A stretch of 64,000 nt of DNA, taken from contig OZ024741.1 of the NCBI GenBank assembly GCA_964016885.1, positions 201,686,001 through 201,750,000 on the forward strand, written 5' to 3'. The notes beneath the pieces were generated by a model. It did no database searches, was not told where the DNA came from, and was given only the letters and a program-made list of their open reading frames with translations. The position numbers and the translations under genes are program-made. The stretch is from Eledone cirrhosa. Lineage: Eukaryota. Numbering within the stretch: position 1 is the first letter of the stretch; every line of letters starts with the position of its first letter. Positions 10,425-23,705 of this stretch are shown here, in pieces.

Positions 10425-13400
10425 GTAAGTTTTCCTCATTATTAATTTCACTGGATGCTAATATACTCTTTGTTTTATTGATTTGCTTATTGCTTTAAAA
10501 TAAATAGATAAGAGTTTATCCATTTTTTAGTTTCATTTATATTTCAATTGTTCTTTTGAATGATCTTTCAGATTGGAATTGTTTCATCATGGGATTTAAA
10601 TCTTAACGAAAATAATTTTTTTCTTCATGAAATAACACATGCAACACATTTTACTAAAAAAAAAAAATATTAATAATAATAATAATTGATAATTGATTAA
10701 ATTTGTTTAAAATAGTTGAATATGTTCAAATTCATAACTTCAGGTTATTTGAAAGTTCATTCTTTTACAATATACCATCGTCATCTCTTCCAGCTATCAT
10801 TTGAAGCCAGTGGTTTCTAAATCAACTATATCTATTTTATTGAATTGCTGTATTTTAATAGCCCTCTCCTGATTTTAAAAAAATATATATGATTTTCTCT
10901 AATTATTGTCACTCACATTACCTAATATTTGTTTTTATGTATTGAAAGCTTTGTGTGTGTGTGTCTGTGTGTGTATTAACAGATTTTACATTTCATTGAA
11001 TTATTCTTTTATAATAGCTGTTTTTAACTGTTTGTACCTGATAAAATATCTCCCTTTTCAAAAAACAACAAAATAATGGAAGTATGAACCTTTAGGAACA
11101 ATCCACTAAGCTATCGGTTGTCACTTCTTAACCATCACTGCTCTTTGGTACCATGTATTGTAATATTTACAAACTAATTTTCAAAAGAAAAAAATTTGCA
11201 ATTTATTTAAAATACAAACTGTATTGTTTAGTTTAACTAACTTGAAGAATTTATTCCAGTTCTTCCAATAGTCTATTATTTCATTTAGTAACTAATTCAT
11301 TGTTTAATAAATGTATGGTTGAAATTTATACAATATCATACTGCATTCTGATAAGCTCCACTTTATTATCTGTTAGAACTTTCCATGAATTATTCTATTG
11401 TTCGACTAATTTTTGAAATGAATGCTTAATGGCAACATTTTTAATAAAATTACAACAGTTGTTTTTTTTTTATTTTACTTATATATAGGCATTCAGAAAT
11501 AAAATTTAATTTTCATAATTTTTTTTAAGTAATCTATTTTTAAAAAAGAGGTTCTATTGATTTAACTTATCCTGGAGTTAGTAACTTATAAAGTAATAAT
11601 TATTTGATGAATTTTAGGGAATTCTTTTGATAAGCAAAAATGCAATTTCTTTAAATACATTTTGATGCAATGACTCATCCCAACTAGTTTTTACAAACGT
11701 TTTGCAAAGCACTGGCACTCAGTTCAGGTCAACAGTGTTTAGCACGATATTCAATTTTCTGATAGTTACAACTAATTTTCTGTAGTTGTTCTCTATAATT
11801 TTCTTCTTGAAATAGTTACTACTACTACTACTACTGCTGCTACAATTGCTATTACTACTTAACCTGTTGTACAATTAAATGCATCCAGTGTTTTGAGTTA
11901 TTGCAGTTACTGTGTTTAGGACTTTTCTCATGGAAAATTGTTTGGCACTATTATCTCTTTAATAGTCAAATACTTAAATATCATTTAACATCTTATTTGT
12001 TGCAAATCTTAGTGAAAATTAAAACTTGCTTGTTCTTTTAAGTAGCACGTTTATTAAACTTCTTAGTTCGGCATTGATCATGTCTCTTAGTTTGTTAAGG
12101 CTCACCTAGTTGCAATGTTTGTAATTACGTATCTTTTTCAACTATCCACTTTAATTCTTATTCCAATTATTCTCTCTTCTAAAATTAGTTTTAATTTGTA
12201 CCTATTTTCTGTCTCACTTATTAGCAACTTTGTCATTTTTTCTTTTTTTATAACAGCATTTTCACCTATTATCTGTATTATAGTAATCTGTATATTAAAG
12301 TCTTTGTTAAACAAACAACTATAACAAAACAAATATGGCTAAATTTGTTTTGAACCACAAGATTATATAGGATGTATCTCTGGTTTCTTTAGCATTAAGT
12401 GAAGTAATAAAACTTCCTTATGATAGGCTGCCGGTTTATTACAGACATCATTTCCTGTAGGTTCTTATACTTAGTTCAATTCTTCTAACAAAATACTTAT
12501 CAGTCCTATTGCTGAGGCTGTTTACAAAAGTGAACTATACCACTTGCAAGCTAAATATCATGAATACAACAAATTGTTGTTTGTTCAATATTTATTGACT
12601 TGGTATCCTATGCTTTTAGTACCAGCATAATAATTGGGGTGGGGGTATCAACAAACAATTATATCCAAGGAGTTTTTAGATAAATTGCAAACCACAGCAC
12701 TCTTTATTATCATTTTCTTCGAGTTAAAGCACTATAAGCACTGTAAAAAATGATAAGTGTCTCATTAGCTTTCTTTACTGTATTGAATTCAATTTCTCTA
12801 AGAAATATAATTTTGGGAGGAATTGGCTCTTCCAGGCCAGTTTTGACTAAGACACATTGCTTGAAGATAATCTTTAATGATGGTTCAGTTAGTTATGATA
12901 CTTATCATATAAGGGTTTTATCCTTTTTGTTAACATTTTTCTAATAAAATACACAATATTTTAATTAATTAATGAAGAATTTGAATAGATTTATTAAAAT
13001 TATCAATTATTTCAAGAAGGTGTTTGTTACATAATTAAACAACAGATAAAAATGTAATTTTGAAGGTTTTAACTTAAATAAGTATCCTTTAAAATGGCTG
13101 ATTTTGATTTCATAGAAACAAAGGCAGTTTTCAGCAGGTTGGGATCAAATGGTTTTGAAATATTTCTTCATTCTCAAACTAGATATCTATCAACTGTAAT
13201 CTATTTCACTTCATATGTGAAAAAATATTGATTTCTATTTATTATTTATTTATTTGAGAATGAGGTTTTCTCTATCAACATCAAAATACAGGCACATTTT
13301 ACCTCAAGGAACCAAAGAAAAATATCATTATAACAGTTCATTTAACCTAAGAGGGGTATACAGTTGAAACATGACACTACCCATGACAAGCTTGGAAATT

Positions 13401-14899
13401 TTCCACAATTTCTCATGGAAACTGCACCTTCATAACTAGCATTGTATTATAATTTCTCTTCATAACCACAAATTACTTTGGTCTTAACTCTCAGCATAAC
13501 ACATTGTCTACATTTTGGGCAGAAATTGTCTAAAAGTGAAGTTCTTTATTCAAATATTTATAGTAACCTTTATTAGTGAGCAGATCATCGTGAAAAATAG
13601 CATTATTGCAGGAAAGACTTAATTTTTTTAATGTGATGTAGTCATTTGTCCTAAAGATAACGTGTATGCAGGTTTAATTAATTAATTACATAATTTAACA
13701 AATGCATTAAAAAAATATGATATTAATAATGACATGAATAACAAATTAACAAACAAGTCATTCATACATGCATCTCAAACATCTCCAAAAGCAATTACTT
13801 CATTAATTAAATCTTTGGCAAATGTTCAGTTCCCCATTTAAAAAAAAAAATTGATTAAATTCACAAACACATGTCATTTTTAATGTCAAAGGGAAAATAA
13901 ATAACAAGGGAAGTATTTAGTGTTTCTTCCTTACACTAGAAAGTTCTTTACTTCCTTTGGCATGTTTTTCTCACCGATGTGGTGCAGAATCATGTCATAC
14001 AGGATATTAAGAGTTAAACACCTGCTTATCCATTACAAACGACAAACGTATCCCACACTTTTGGGTTGGCATGCATTTATGGGTGCACACAGACACATAC
14101 TTCTGAAGATACATTATAAAGTATTTTAATTCCTTTGCTTATTTTACTGTTGCTTGACTAGACCCTTCTCTTCTGAGTGCTGTAACTATAATCTCTTCTA
14201 TCTAAGCCAGTTGATTCATGCCTTTCTTATACCTACATCAACCCCCCTGCCCATAGTGCCCCATTTCTTCAAAACCCATTGCAAAACAATACTCTTTACC
14301 TAGAGTTATACTTCCCTTAAACATCATTCTTATCTGTATATTAACATCACCTTTAGCTTGTCATAGTTCACATAAAATATCATCTTTTCTAACGTTTTTC
14401 TTTTTATCTAGAAGTGAGAGAAAAGGCACTGTTCCCTTCTCTGTAAAACAAATGAAAAATAAAAAGTAGTAGTATTTCAACAATAGATTTTTGGCCTCAT
14501 TTTCTGAAATCCATCTATAAATAAAACATTTTAGTGACCAAAATCATTTCAGAGATAGCAATTTCTCTCTATCATGTTACTCAGTATATCTGCTAGTGTT
14601 CCTTGAGGTTTTAGCAATAATTATTAAAAACAGTTTATAGGTGATAATAATAACCAACTAATTCTTAGATATGGTGAAAATTGAGTTCTGTCTGACTATT
14701 TTTCGTGAAATCTTCATAGTAGCTAAAATGTTAGTATAACAGATGTATGTATGTTTGTGGAAACCAGAAAGCAGTAGTAATCCCTCAAGTGTTTGATTCT
14801 CAATTGAATTGTTTCATTTCATTTTTACCTTAAACTTGCAATTACTATTTATAATCAAAAACTTGGGGAGGGATTGGTTCTGCTAGGCTGACTTGCACT

Positions 14900-15510
14900 A
14901 GGTGTAGATCAAGCCTTTAGGTTCCAAAGAGGTGAGTTGATCTCATAGCCTTTGTAAGGTCTCTTAGACTGGTGATGTTGATGTGGTTAATCTTTAGCTT
15001 GAATTTCTTTAGGTTGATGCTTCTAGTGAAAACATGAGTAAAAATTGAGAAAGTGCCTAGTACAAAGTTTTGGAAGTGATATATAGTATGGATGATGAGA
15101 ACATAGGATTGAGAAAGTGACTAGTAAAAAGTTTTTGAAGTGATATACAGTACAGATGATGAGAACATACAACTTACTCATTCAGAGGAGCACAAATCAT
15201 TGCAGAAATTGTAGACGAGACAGATATGCTACATTGGTGTATTAATGAATCAAAGTTTGCCAATTAGTTGCATGGCCCTATCGTTTGATGTGGTCTACAA
15301 CATTCACATATTTAGCAGCTGCTCCTTCCCAGATATTTAGGCAGTAGTCTAGTGTGGGACACAGATGTATATTGTACAGGGTCATCAGTTGTTTAAAGCT
15401 GAAGTTATTTTTAGTCATGACAAGAAAGCCTAACATAAAGAATGCATTCAAAATGTAAATATCTCCAAAGCATAAGAGACTTCCATGAGTTGTTTTTGGT
15501 TTCATGTCAG
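14900..15510 (-). mobile_element. decayed CR1/Jockey-group LINE 3' fragment with an internal 64-bp tandem duplication (15044-15169)
   Basis: LYNIHLCPTLDYCLNIW resembles the LYKxxVRPxLEYCxxIW thumb motif. Confidence 0.6.
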
Positions 15511-16679
15511 TAACTTTTTCAATTCTAATGAAACACTATATTTGAATTAATTAACGAACATTTTTGAAGGATTTACTAAAATTATTATTTCATTACTAAG
15601 ATAGTATTTGTAATATAACTTAATAAAAAGTTCTTATATCAAATTATGTTAGAAGATTTTAATTTAAATAGGAACCATTTGAAATGGGTGGTTTTGTTTC
15701 AGATTAGCTGAATATTTTCTTACATAGAATGCTGTGTGTCAGAGTAGGCAAGTGATTTAGTGACACCTCTTAACAGCTTGGTGGCACGAAGTGCCTATTA
15801 CTGTTCAGTTATACAAAGAAATATGTGACATATTTCAGCTCAAGACCTTGAGCTAATTAAAAACCCAATACATTATCCACTTTACCACTTTGATTTTACT
15901 TTTGGGGGCATTACGACGACACCTGTTGGCATACAGTAGATATCTGTGTAATGTTAATATATCGTCATCAAAATAATGCAATATCACATAAAGATTATGT
16001 AAGCTTGTACCAAGAGTCTTCTCTGACACCTCTTACACCGAATAACTTAGATTGATCTGGAGATATAGTTAGTTCAGTCTTTGACTGCTATATTTCTGAT
16101 AAAAGACACTGCCTATAATTTTCAAATAATTTTGAAAATTATAGACAGAATTTAGAAGGATGTATTAGTATAACTAAACTTTCTCATTATGGAGCTGATG
16201 TTTGGAACATACAAAAAGGTTCAAACACTGCCATTGATTCCTTGCATTACATACCTATGGACAATTCTAGAGCCTATGGTATAAACAAATTCACTACCCC
16301 CTCTCCTTTTTTTATTTTTTACAGTTGAAAAGTAACTATTTATAAACCAAATTAAGGAAGTGCCCATAACCTTTGCTAGCCTTTCCAAACTGATGAGGCT
16401 GATGTAGTTTGTTGGTAAACCAAACAACTTGTTAAAAGTCATGGGATATTTTTTTTTTTTCACACTTATACATACAGAAACACACACAAGTAATTGGGTT
16501 ATAATTACAGAAAACAGCATACAAATAAATATATTTAATTTATCTAAGTACTCTTTTAGTTGACCAACTTAACAAATATTATTAAAATGTGGTTAAAAGC
16601 ACCAATGATAAAGAGAGCTCTCAATTCAAGATCAGCAAGTAGTAGTAGTAGTGGTAATAGTTGTAGTATAGGGTTGATA

Positions 16680-17305
16680 GTTTCAGTGGAGTATTTGACA
16701 AAATGCTTTGTGCTATTTAGTTGGGTTTTTTATGTTCTGGTTTCAAATCTGCTGAGGTCAATTTTGCCTTTCATCCTTGCAGGATTGATAAAAGTAACAA
16801 TTTTAAGTACTGGGGTCAATTTGACTTCCCCTTCCCTTTCAAATTGCTGGCCTTGTGCCAAATGTGGAAACAATTATTATTAGTAGTAGAAGGCAGTGGA
16901 TTCGCAGAATCGGTAGAGGGTTGGATGCCATGCTTTGCAGCATAGAGTTACGGCCCTTTACGATCTGAGTTCAAATCCCACCGAGGTTAACTTTGCCTTT
17001 CATCCTTACAGGGTTGATAAAATAAAGCAGCAGTAATACACTGGGATAATTGCTGGCCTTGTGCCAAAAGTAGAAACAGTTATTATTAGTAGTAAGGGCA
17101 GTGGATTGGCAGAGTTGTTAGAGCGCCAGACAAATGCATAGTAGTAATTAGTTCTGGCCCTTTATGTTCTGATTTCTGTTCATGCTGAGGCCAAATTTGC
17201 CTTTCAACCTTTCGAGGTCTATAAAATAAAGTACCAGTAAAGTAATAGGATCAGTTCAATTGACTTTCCTCTCCCCACATTAGAAATCATTACTATTAGT
17301 AGTAG
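16680..17305 (+). mobile_element. three head-to-tail Meta-type tRNA SINE copies
   Basis: each has ttcaaatc-like B-box, gagg(t/c)(c/t)aa(c/t)tttgcctttca...ataaaa and a ttattagtagtag tail; copies at about 16680-16888, 16891-17092, 17096-17305. Confidence 0.85.
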
Positions 17306-17844
17306 TATGATCTGCTTTAACTATGCTTTATATCTAAATTACCAGATTCAAGTACTTTACTGTAGAACACCTGGGCTTGGTTAAGCAATGTTTTCTAGTT
17401 ATCTAAGTAGTTTCTAGCTAGCTATTTAACATCATTTCAACTGAAATTTGACATGGTAATGTTTGCAAGATTATTATTGTTACTGTTGTTATTATTGTTG
17501 TTGTTATCTAATGTCATTCTTTATTTAGTTCCGACTCTATGTTAGATAGAATATTTTGTGAAGTTTGTATAAGATATTCACAGACCAATCTTCACTAAGT
17601 GTTGTGAATGTTATTAAACTGAGAATGGTTAATAAAGAAAAAATGTTGACATATATTAGTCAAACATTGAGAAAGTTTCATTTTTTATGGCAGTATTTTG
17701 AACAATAAAAGATTGGGTTGTTGTTATTTTTATGTGGAAAGCTGTTCCATGTTATTGCCACTATTTCAGCGATGGCAGTTTTGTTCTCAGTAACTAGCCT
17801 GCCTCATATTGCCAATAACTAGTCTACCTTATGTTCTCTCCTAG

Positions 17845-17883
17845 GACATTACTAGAGTCTGTAAACGAGGAACTGATGCACAG
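17845..17883 (+). CDS. MAP4K3: MAP4K3/5-like linker exon (39 nt)
   Basis: ttctctcctag|G...CACAG|gtagga; phase 2-2; (K)TLLESVNEELMH(R), matches the conserved KSLLKSVEEELHQRGH block of MAP4K3. Confidence 0.9.
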
Positions 17884-18745
17884 GTAGGACTGGAAGATTT
17901 ATATTTTTCATTCAAACAATAATTCAAGCTTTTATATAAAGAACACATTGTCTTTCATCCCATCTTTTTCTTCAAGTTTTATTTTCTAGTCCTTTTCTGT
18001 TATCACACAAACTTCTTTAAAAGTTTTCTTTCCTAAATGAATAGCGTTTATCCTAAATTTCTAGCTTCATTTCTAAATTCTTAATTCTTTACTGGTGCTT
18101 TTCATAAAAAAAAGGGCAATATTTTTCTTTCTTGGGTTTAATGAGTAACATTTTAACTTGTAAAAATTTTGAAAAATTACCATCATTTAATAAAATTTAG
18201 TTTTAATATTAACTGCTAAAAACTTGAACTATTCTACTAAAATCAATTTTATGTATTGTATTTATTGAAAATTAATTTAGAAGCTTCAACGCACTTTCTC
18301 GTTTAAAAAAAAATAGTTTAATGTCTAGGGGTTTTTATGCTTAATTTGTTAGACTATTTTTCACAGTAAAAAAAAATAAAAAATACATGCATTAAAGTTT
18401 CTAACTCTTAGTTAATTTTCAATAAATACATATCTGCTCAACGTTTCTAAAAATAGATCTTGTATAGTATTTTTATATAGTATTATATATATTTTTTAAA
18501 AATATCTTCGAACTAGTACATTACAACTTTCAGCATTCCTTTAATTTCATATTTTCAAATAATAGAAGCTATATTGTATAAATGGTGCTTAGTATGTATT
18601 TTATAATTTGCTATCTAGCCATTTATTTATTTGGCTATTTTCTTATATAACTAGTCTTTTAAAGTCACAAAAATTAAATATTTTACTATCAACAAGAGAC
18701 TAAATGAGAGTATCACCCTAAATCTCTATAATTTCATGCTATTAA

Positions 18746-18953
18746 CCCTTTAGCCTTTACATTACTCTATATTTATTATTGTATTTTCACGGCAAACACT
18801 TTACCTCACATAATATTGAATCTATGATATTTTAATATTATTTATTTTGAGAACAATACCTTAACATCAGTATAGGCAGCCAGTTACTGCAAGTTTGAAC
18901 AGAAAGAGGTGAAAGAATTCTGGTCGGATATGGCCGGTTTAAATGCTAAAGGG
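18746..18953. mobile_element. piggyBac-type MITE, 208 bp
   Basis: TTAA TSD both sides; TIR ccctttagc(c/a)ttta ... taaatgctaaaggg; same right end at 53521-53539. Confidence 0.9.
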
Positions 18954-19272
18954 TTAAAAAGACAGTCCTGTTAACTCCAGTGAACATTATTTTATCATCC
19001 TCAAATTAATATTTATAGAGAAATCCTTTTAAAGGTATCTGACTAAATACATTCAAATATTTAGTTATATTATTAATGTTACATACAGCATATTGTAAAA
19101 GTCAAACTAGAGTTTTAAGAGGAAGTAGCAGAAATTAAATTTGTTAGCTTTAATCATGATTTCTTTCAAACTGTTTTGAAGTGAATATAATTAGGTAAAT
19201 ATAGATGCACAACATAGCAGTTTTAGCAAAGAATAACTATTTGTCAAATAATTTCTAGATGCTACCTTCCAG

Positions 19273-19302
19273 AATTGAGGTGGAATTGCTCCTACTGTTT
19301 AG
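19273..19302 (+). CDS. candidate alternative micro-exon (30 nt, phase 2-2)
   Basis: atgctaccttccag|A ATT GAG GTG GAA TTG CTC CTA CTG TTT AG|gtaatt; frame-preserving, no stop; TGC about 10 nt upstream of the AG; no homology support. Confidence 0.3.
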
Positions 19303-19476
19303 GTAATTCGACAATTTCAATTATTCACAGATATTTAGTCTTTGTGTGTGTGTGCGTGTATATAGATGTATGTGTGTGATTCCTAATTTAGCACTAGTAT
19401 ATATAGTATGGTAGAAACAATTCAAATTTTAATTATTTACATGTAACCAATTTTCATCATTTGTCCTTCAACAAAG

Positions 19477-19491
19477 ATACTTTTATGTCAG
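19477..19491 (+). CDS. candidate alternative micro-exon (15 nt, phase 2-2)
   Basis: ttttcatcatttgtccttcaacaaag|A TAC TTT TAT GTC AG|gtaagt; consensus donor CAG|GTAAGT; would add YFYVR in frame. Confidence 0.45.
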
Positions 19492-19844
19492 GTAAGTTTT
19501 ATTAATGACAAATTTGAAACCTAGCTATATAGTTCTTAAAGAAATATATCAAGAATCAATGTGTCACTTGAGATAAGAATTTATGTAATCTCTTTTGTTA
19601 GAAAGTGTTTTTATAGGTATACTGTAGTATATGTAAAGATATTCAGTACTTATCTTCTCATAACAGTTCATGTGATGAATATCAGTCTACACAGGCATTT
19701 ATATATATATATATATATATATATATCATCAGCATCATCATCATCATTGTCATTTTAACATCTGCTTTCCCTGCTAGCAAGGGTAGACCTATCCAACCCT
19801 TGCTACCAGGGAAAGTAGATTTTAAAACAACAATGATGACGATG

Positions 19845-19876
<32 letters not shown>

Positions 19877-20802
19877 GATAGAGAGGGGGGGGGGGGCAGG
19901 ATGAAGAAAATCTATTATAGGTAATAGATGACAACACTATTTGAAGAAGATGCTGAGCTCTCATCCCAAATGATAATCTATGTTGCTAGTTAATGACCAT
20001 TTTAAAATTCATTTTATTTAATTGTGGTGTTTATTTTACAGTAGCAATCTATCTTATTCTTTAGAACAGCAATTACATTATCAAAGTTCTTGTTGTCTAG
20101 CATTAATGATTGAAAATATATAATGCTAAATAGTCATATGTAATAACATTTTCTTGTTTTAAATGTTCAGAACAATTTAAACATTGACAGACTACATCAA
20201 ATGTAAATTATCTTGTTTTTTTAATGTAATTTCTGTGATAAATATTTTGTTTTTTCAACCTTTTCATAATGCATCATGACCATTGCCAAATTCTTTTCCA
20301 ACCTTTCGGCTTTTTTATACAACTCTTTTTTTCAAAACTTCTATCTTTCTTCCTGTATTTCTAACTGTTTATTTGGTTTAAAATGTTCTCTATTTAAAAT
20401 TGAACACCTCATTATCTATTGTCATTTAGATTGGCCTAATCATTACCCAGTAATATCTACTGATTTCATTCTGATTCATATATTAGAATCATTGGTCTGC
20501 TATCCTTGTTGGTATGTTCAAGTCTTATTAAACAGCCTGCCATTAAATCTCTGAACAAGCCCCTTAGATTACTTGCTTCAGGTCTTTTTAACTAAAAATA
20601 TATACCTGTTTTAGTTTATGATAGACTATCAGTGCCTATGAACTTTTACCAAAATTGCATAAATTTACCAACTAACTTAGTAGAAGATGGTTTTAAAAAA
20701 AAAAAAAATCTCATCTCAAATAAGTTATTGTTCCTTAATGCCTCCCACCCCCTTTTATGATTTTTCAGTTGTTACAGCTTTCCTACTAGTTCTAGTTAGT
20801 AG

Positions 20803-20935
20803 AGGCTTAGTGGTTAGAGAGTTGGATTCGTAATTGTGAGGTTGCGAGTTGAATTTCTGGACCAAGCTATGCGCTATGTCCTTCAGCAAGACACTTTATT
20901 TCATGTTGCTTGTTCTGCCAGTAGTTGCGAATGGT
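20803..20935 (+). mobile_element. tRNA-derived CORE-type SINE (octopus OR-like), truncated
   Basis: A-box ggcttagtggttagag, B-box-like gagttgaattt, core gcaagacactttatttcatgttgct. Confidence 0.75.
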
Positions 20936-21449
20936 AGTATCAACAATAGAAAGACCATAGAAACATTGTTTCTTTGGTCTGATTTTGATAAGTTCCACCT
21001 CATTCGGTAAGCGAATGAGGCTTGGGATCTTGTTGATAGTTTCAACTAGTTCTGCTATGAACGGAAGATATCTGTATGTTGCAATTCCTGATTTTTTTTA
21101 AATTTTATTTATTGTTACTGTTATCTAAAACCACTTATCAAATTGTTCATCCTTTAGATAGCAGTCTGTGTGATACAATCTATCTAATATTGTTTGAATT
21201 AGCATTACCTTTCTAACTTTACCCAACCTGAGGAATCTAATACATCAACCAACAATAACAATCAAAACTCTATTTCATCATAAAAAGAAACACATTTTAA
21301 AGGAAGAAATAAGTTTATTTTATTAAAATTTCTATATGATCCCATAAGTTGTTATTGTTTAACCTCATGTCAGTCATGATTAAGCAGACCTATGATCAAA
21401 GGCATTCCAATTGTCACCATTTTGGTTTTTTCCCAAGCATAATATACTG

Positions 21450-21575
21450 GATTGGCTGTATCGGTAGGGGGTTGGACGCCATGCTTAGCAGCATAGAGTT
21501 ACGGCCCTTTACAGCCTGAGTTCAAATCCCACTGAGGTTAACTTGGCCTTGTGCCAAAAGTAGAAACAATTATTT
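21450..21575 (+). mobile_element. internally deleted Meta-type SINE closely matching the 16891-17092 copy
   Basis: shares gcagcatagagttacggccctttac and ggccttgtgccaaaagtagaaaca; central domain deleted at tt(t/g)gcc microhomology. Confidence 0.75.
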
Positions 21576-22029
21576 GATGTATCCTTCCATATTTTAAAAC
21601 AGCAGAGTGTGAGTTGAGGAAAATTTTACTGTTGTATTTAGTAGGTCAAGGGACCACTTAGTCTTCCTTGTTAGTTTGTGCATAGATTATAACAAGATTT
21701 AAGATATAGGTATATATTTCATTATGTTTTTTGGTATGTTTTTCTGAAATTTCTATAACTCTCTATTTTTTAAAAACATCTTGCAATATTTCTATTCATC
21801 CCTACATCCCTACATCCCTCTTTGATATACTCTCTCTCTCAGCGTCTTGTTCTAGCAACATCATTTTGGTTTCTGCTTGTTCCTTTTTAATTGCTTTCCA
21901 CTATCTCATATTAGCTGCCTCACACCTTTTCTCTTTTTTTCTCACCTCATCTTTTACTAGGTATCTTGTTCTTGCAATTTTAACAAATCCCTCTCTCTCC
22001 ATTTTATGTTTTATATGTGTGTGTGTGTG

Positions 22030-22140
22030 ATTTATTTCATATAGCAATTACTTCTACAAGACTAGAACTGTTTAGTTTCTTTGATTCAAATAAATTAAAC
22101 AGTTCTAGTCCTATAAAAGTTATTTCTATTTGAAATAAAT
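22030..22140. repeat. 111-bp imperfect palindrome (55-bp arms)
   Basis: atttatttcatatagcaattacttctacaagactagaactgtttagtttctttga / tcaaataaattaaacagttctagtcctataaaagttatttctatttgaaataaat; 8 differences between arms. Confidence 0.92.
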
Positions 22141-23473
22141 TATGTACCTGCTGTTCTTAATGCATTGACTATCTTATTTAACTATGGACTCTTTCGACTC
22201 CTCTTTGGAAAACCAAAATCTTTTTCTCCCTCTGTTTCTCTCACATATCCACACATATACTTGTATACAGCACTCAGTGTTTTATTTCCCCTAAAATAAA
22301 TATTACAATGTAATATATATCTATTTGTTATTTTTTAAGAATGTTTCAATATAGTTAAGGAAACTTATCATTTCACCTCTTTTCTCATCTTCTCTCTCTA
22401 TATTAATAAAAAAGAAAGGTCAAAAGACAGAAAGAACATAGCTAAATAAAGTTAAATGTATGTTTTATAGCCATTTGAGTATATTCCCTTTACTTTGAAA
22501 TTATTGTTAAATTGTTGAACATTTTAAATTATACACAATACATAATATATTTGCTTCAGTAAAATTTGTTGATTTTGGGTTTGTATTTCTTTTTCCTATT
22601 TATTTCTTGTAATTTTTGTTCATTTCATTTTTTTCTTAGTAAGTTTATTGATGTTGTATTTCCAGCATGATAATATCATGTCAAGGATTGGTATTCAAAA
22701 GGCTCAGATTAAATTGATCATGGGACAAATTACAATTTTGTTCCTAGTACAAAATTGAGTTATCATTTAAGGTGTTTAATTTAGATGTCCAGCCCTGATC
22801 TTTTTGTTATGTTGTGCTTCTACATATTTGCTTTTATAACTGTAGATACTAAGAAATAAAATAATAATAAATTACTAACAGCTTACATCCTCCTATACCC
22901 TCATGTATTCTTAACTAATAAATGAATAAAAAAAATCAAAATGGACTGCTCAGCTGCTTCTTCACCCACCACTAATCTAATGTACTTAGAATGCACCCTT
23001 TCAGTTGTTTGACAAATGCTTATTAAATAGACATTTACTAGATATCTTGAATGTGTTAGTAAAAGGAGCAATTCTTAAGCATGTTAAAATTAATCAAAAT
23101 GTATTTTTTTTATCTTCTGATAGGAAAAGACTATAAGATTAAATATTTCTATTACCCAAGAATTTGAACTTAGAATTTGTACTGAAGCCAGTAAAACAAT
23201 AAAAAAAATACTACATGGAAAGTGCAGATAGCATTTTTTTAAGGAAGACACTAAGTTTATACATATTTATTACATAAAAACATTGAAAGGTGTATTTTTC
23301 ACACAATTCTTTTACATTGTGAATAAGCACCCACCTATAATCAATATATTTCTGTAAGATTTGATTAAGTCTTCTAAGTTTTGAATAATTCAGACTGTTT
23401 AAAAATAATCTGTGTCTGAATATTTGAAATTTAGTTAATAGTGACACCTAAAATCTTTCTACTCTTCTTGTAG

Positions 23474-23527
23474 GGGGCACCGCAGTAGCTTAATAATGAC
23501 CCAAGAAGATGTACCAATTTCAGAACA
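23474..23527 (+). CDS. MAP4K3: MAP4K3/5-like linker exon (54 nt)
   Basis: ctttctactcttcttgtag|G...GAACA|gtaaga; phase 2-2; (R)GHRSSLIMTQEDVPISE, completes the EELxxRGH motif. Confidence 0.88.
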
Positions 23528-23671
23528 GTAAGAATCATTTACTTTTTAAAGGCATTTTTCCATCAAATCGCTATAGAATCCATTTAATGTTTCTGCGTGA
23601 TAATCAGCATTTCCCCAGTTATTTTTAGGTGGTCTCTCCCCTATGCTATCTGATTTTGGGAAAGCTATATA

Positions 23672-23705
<34 letters not shown>

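Noticed and set aside
15823-15865. Fourth hammerhead-like motif (minus: agctcaag-gt-cttgagct-GAAA-TAT-GTC)
   Set aside because: Only the 3' half of the core is present; no CUGANGA box
17529-17540. 12-nt phase 2-2 micro-exon
   Set aside because: Weak donor (TAT|gttaga); expected by chance
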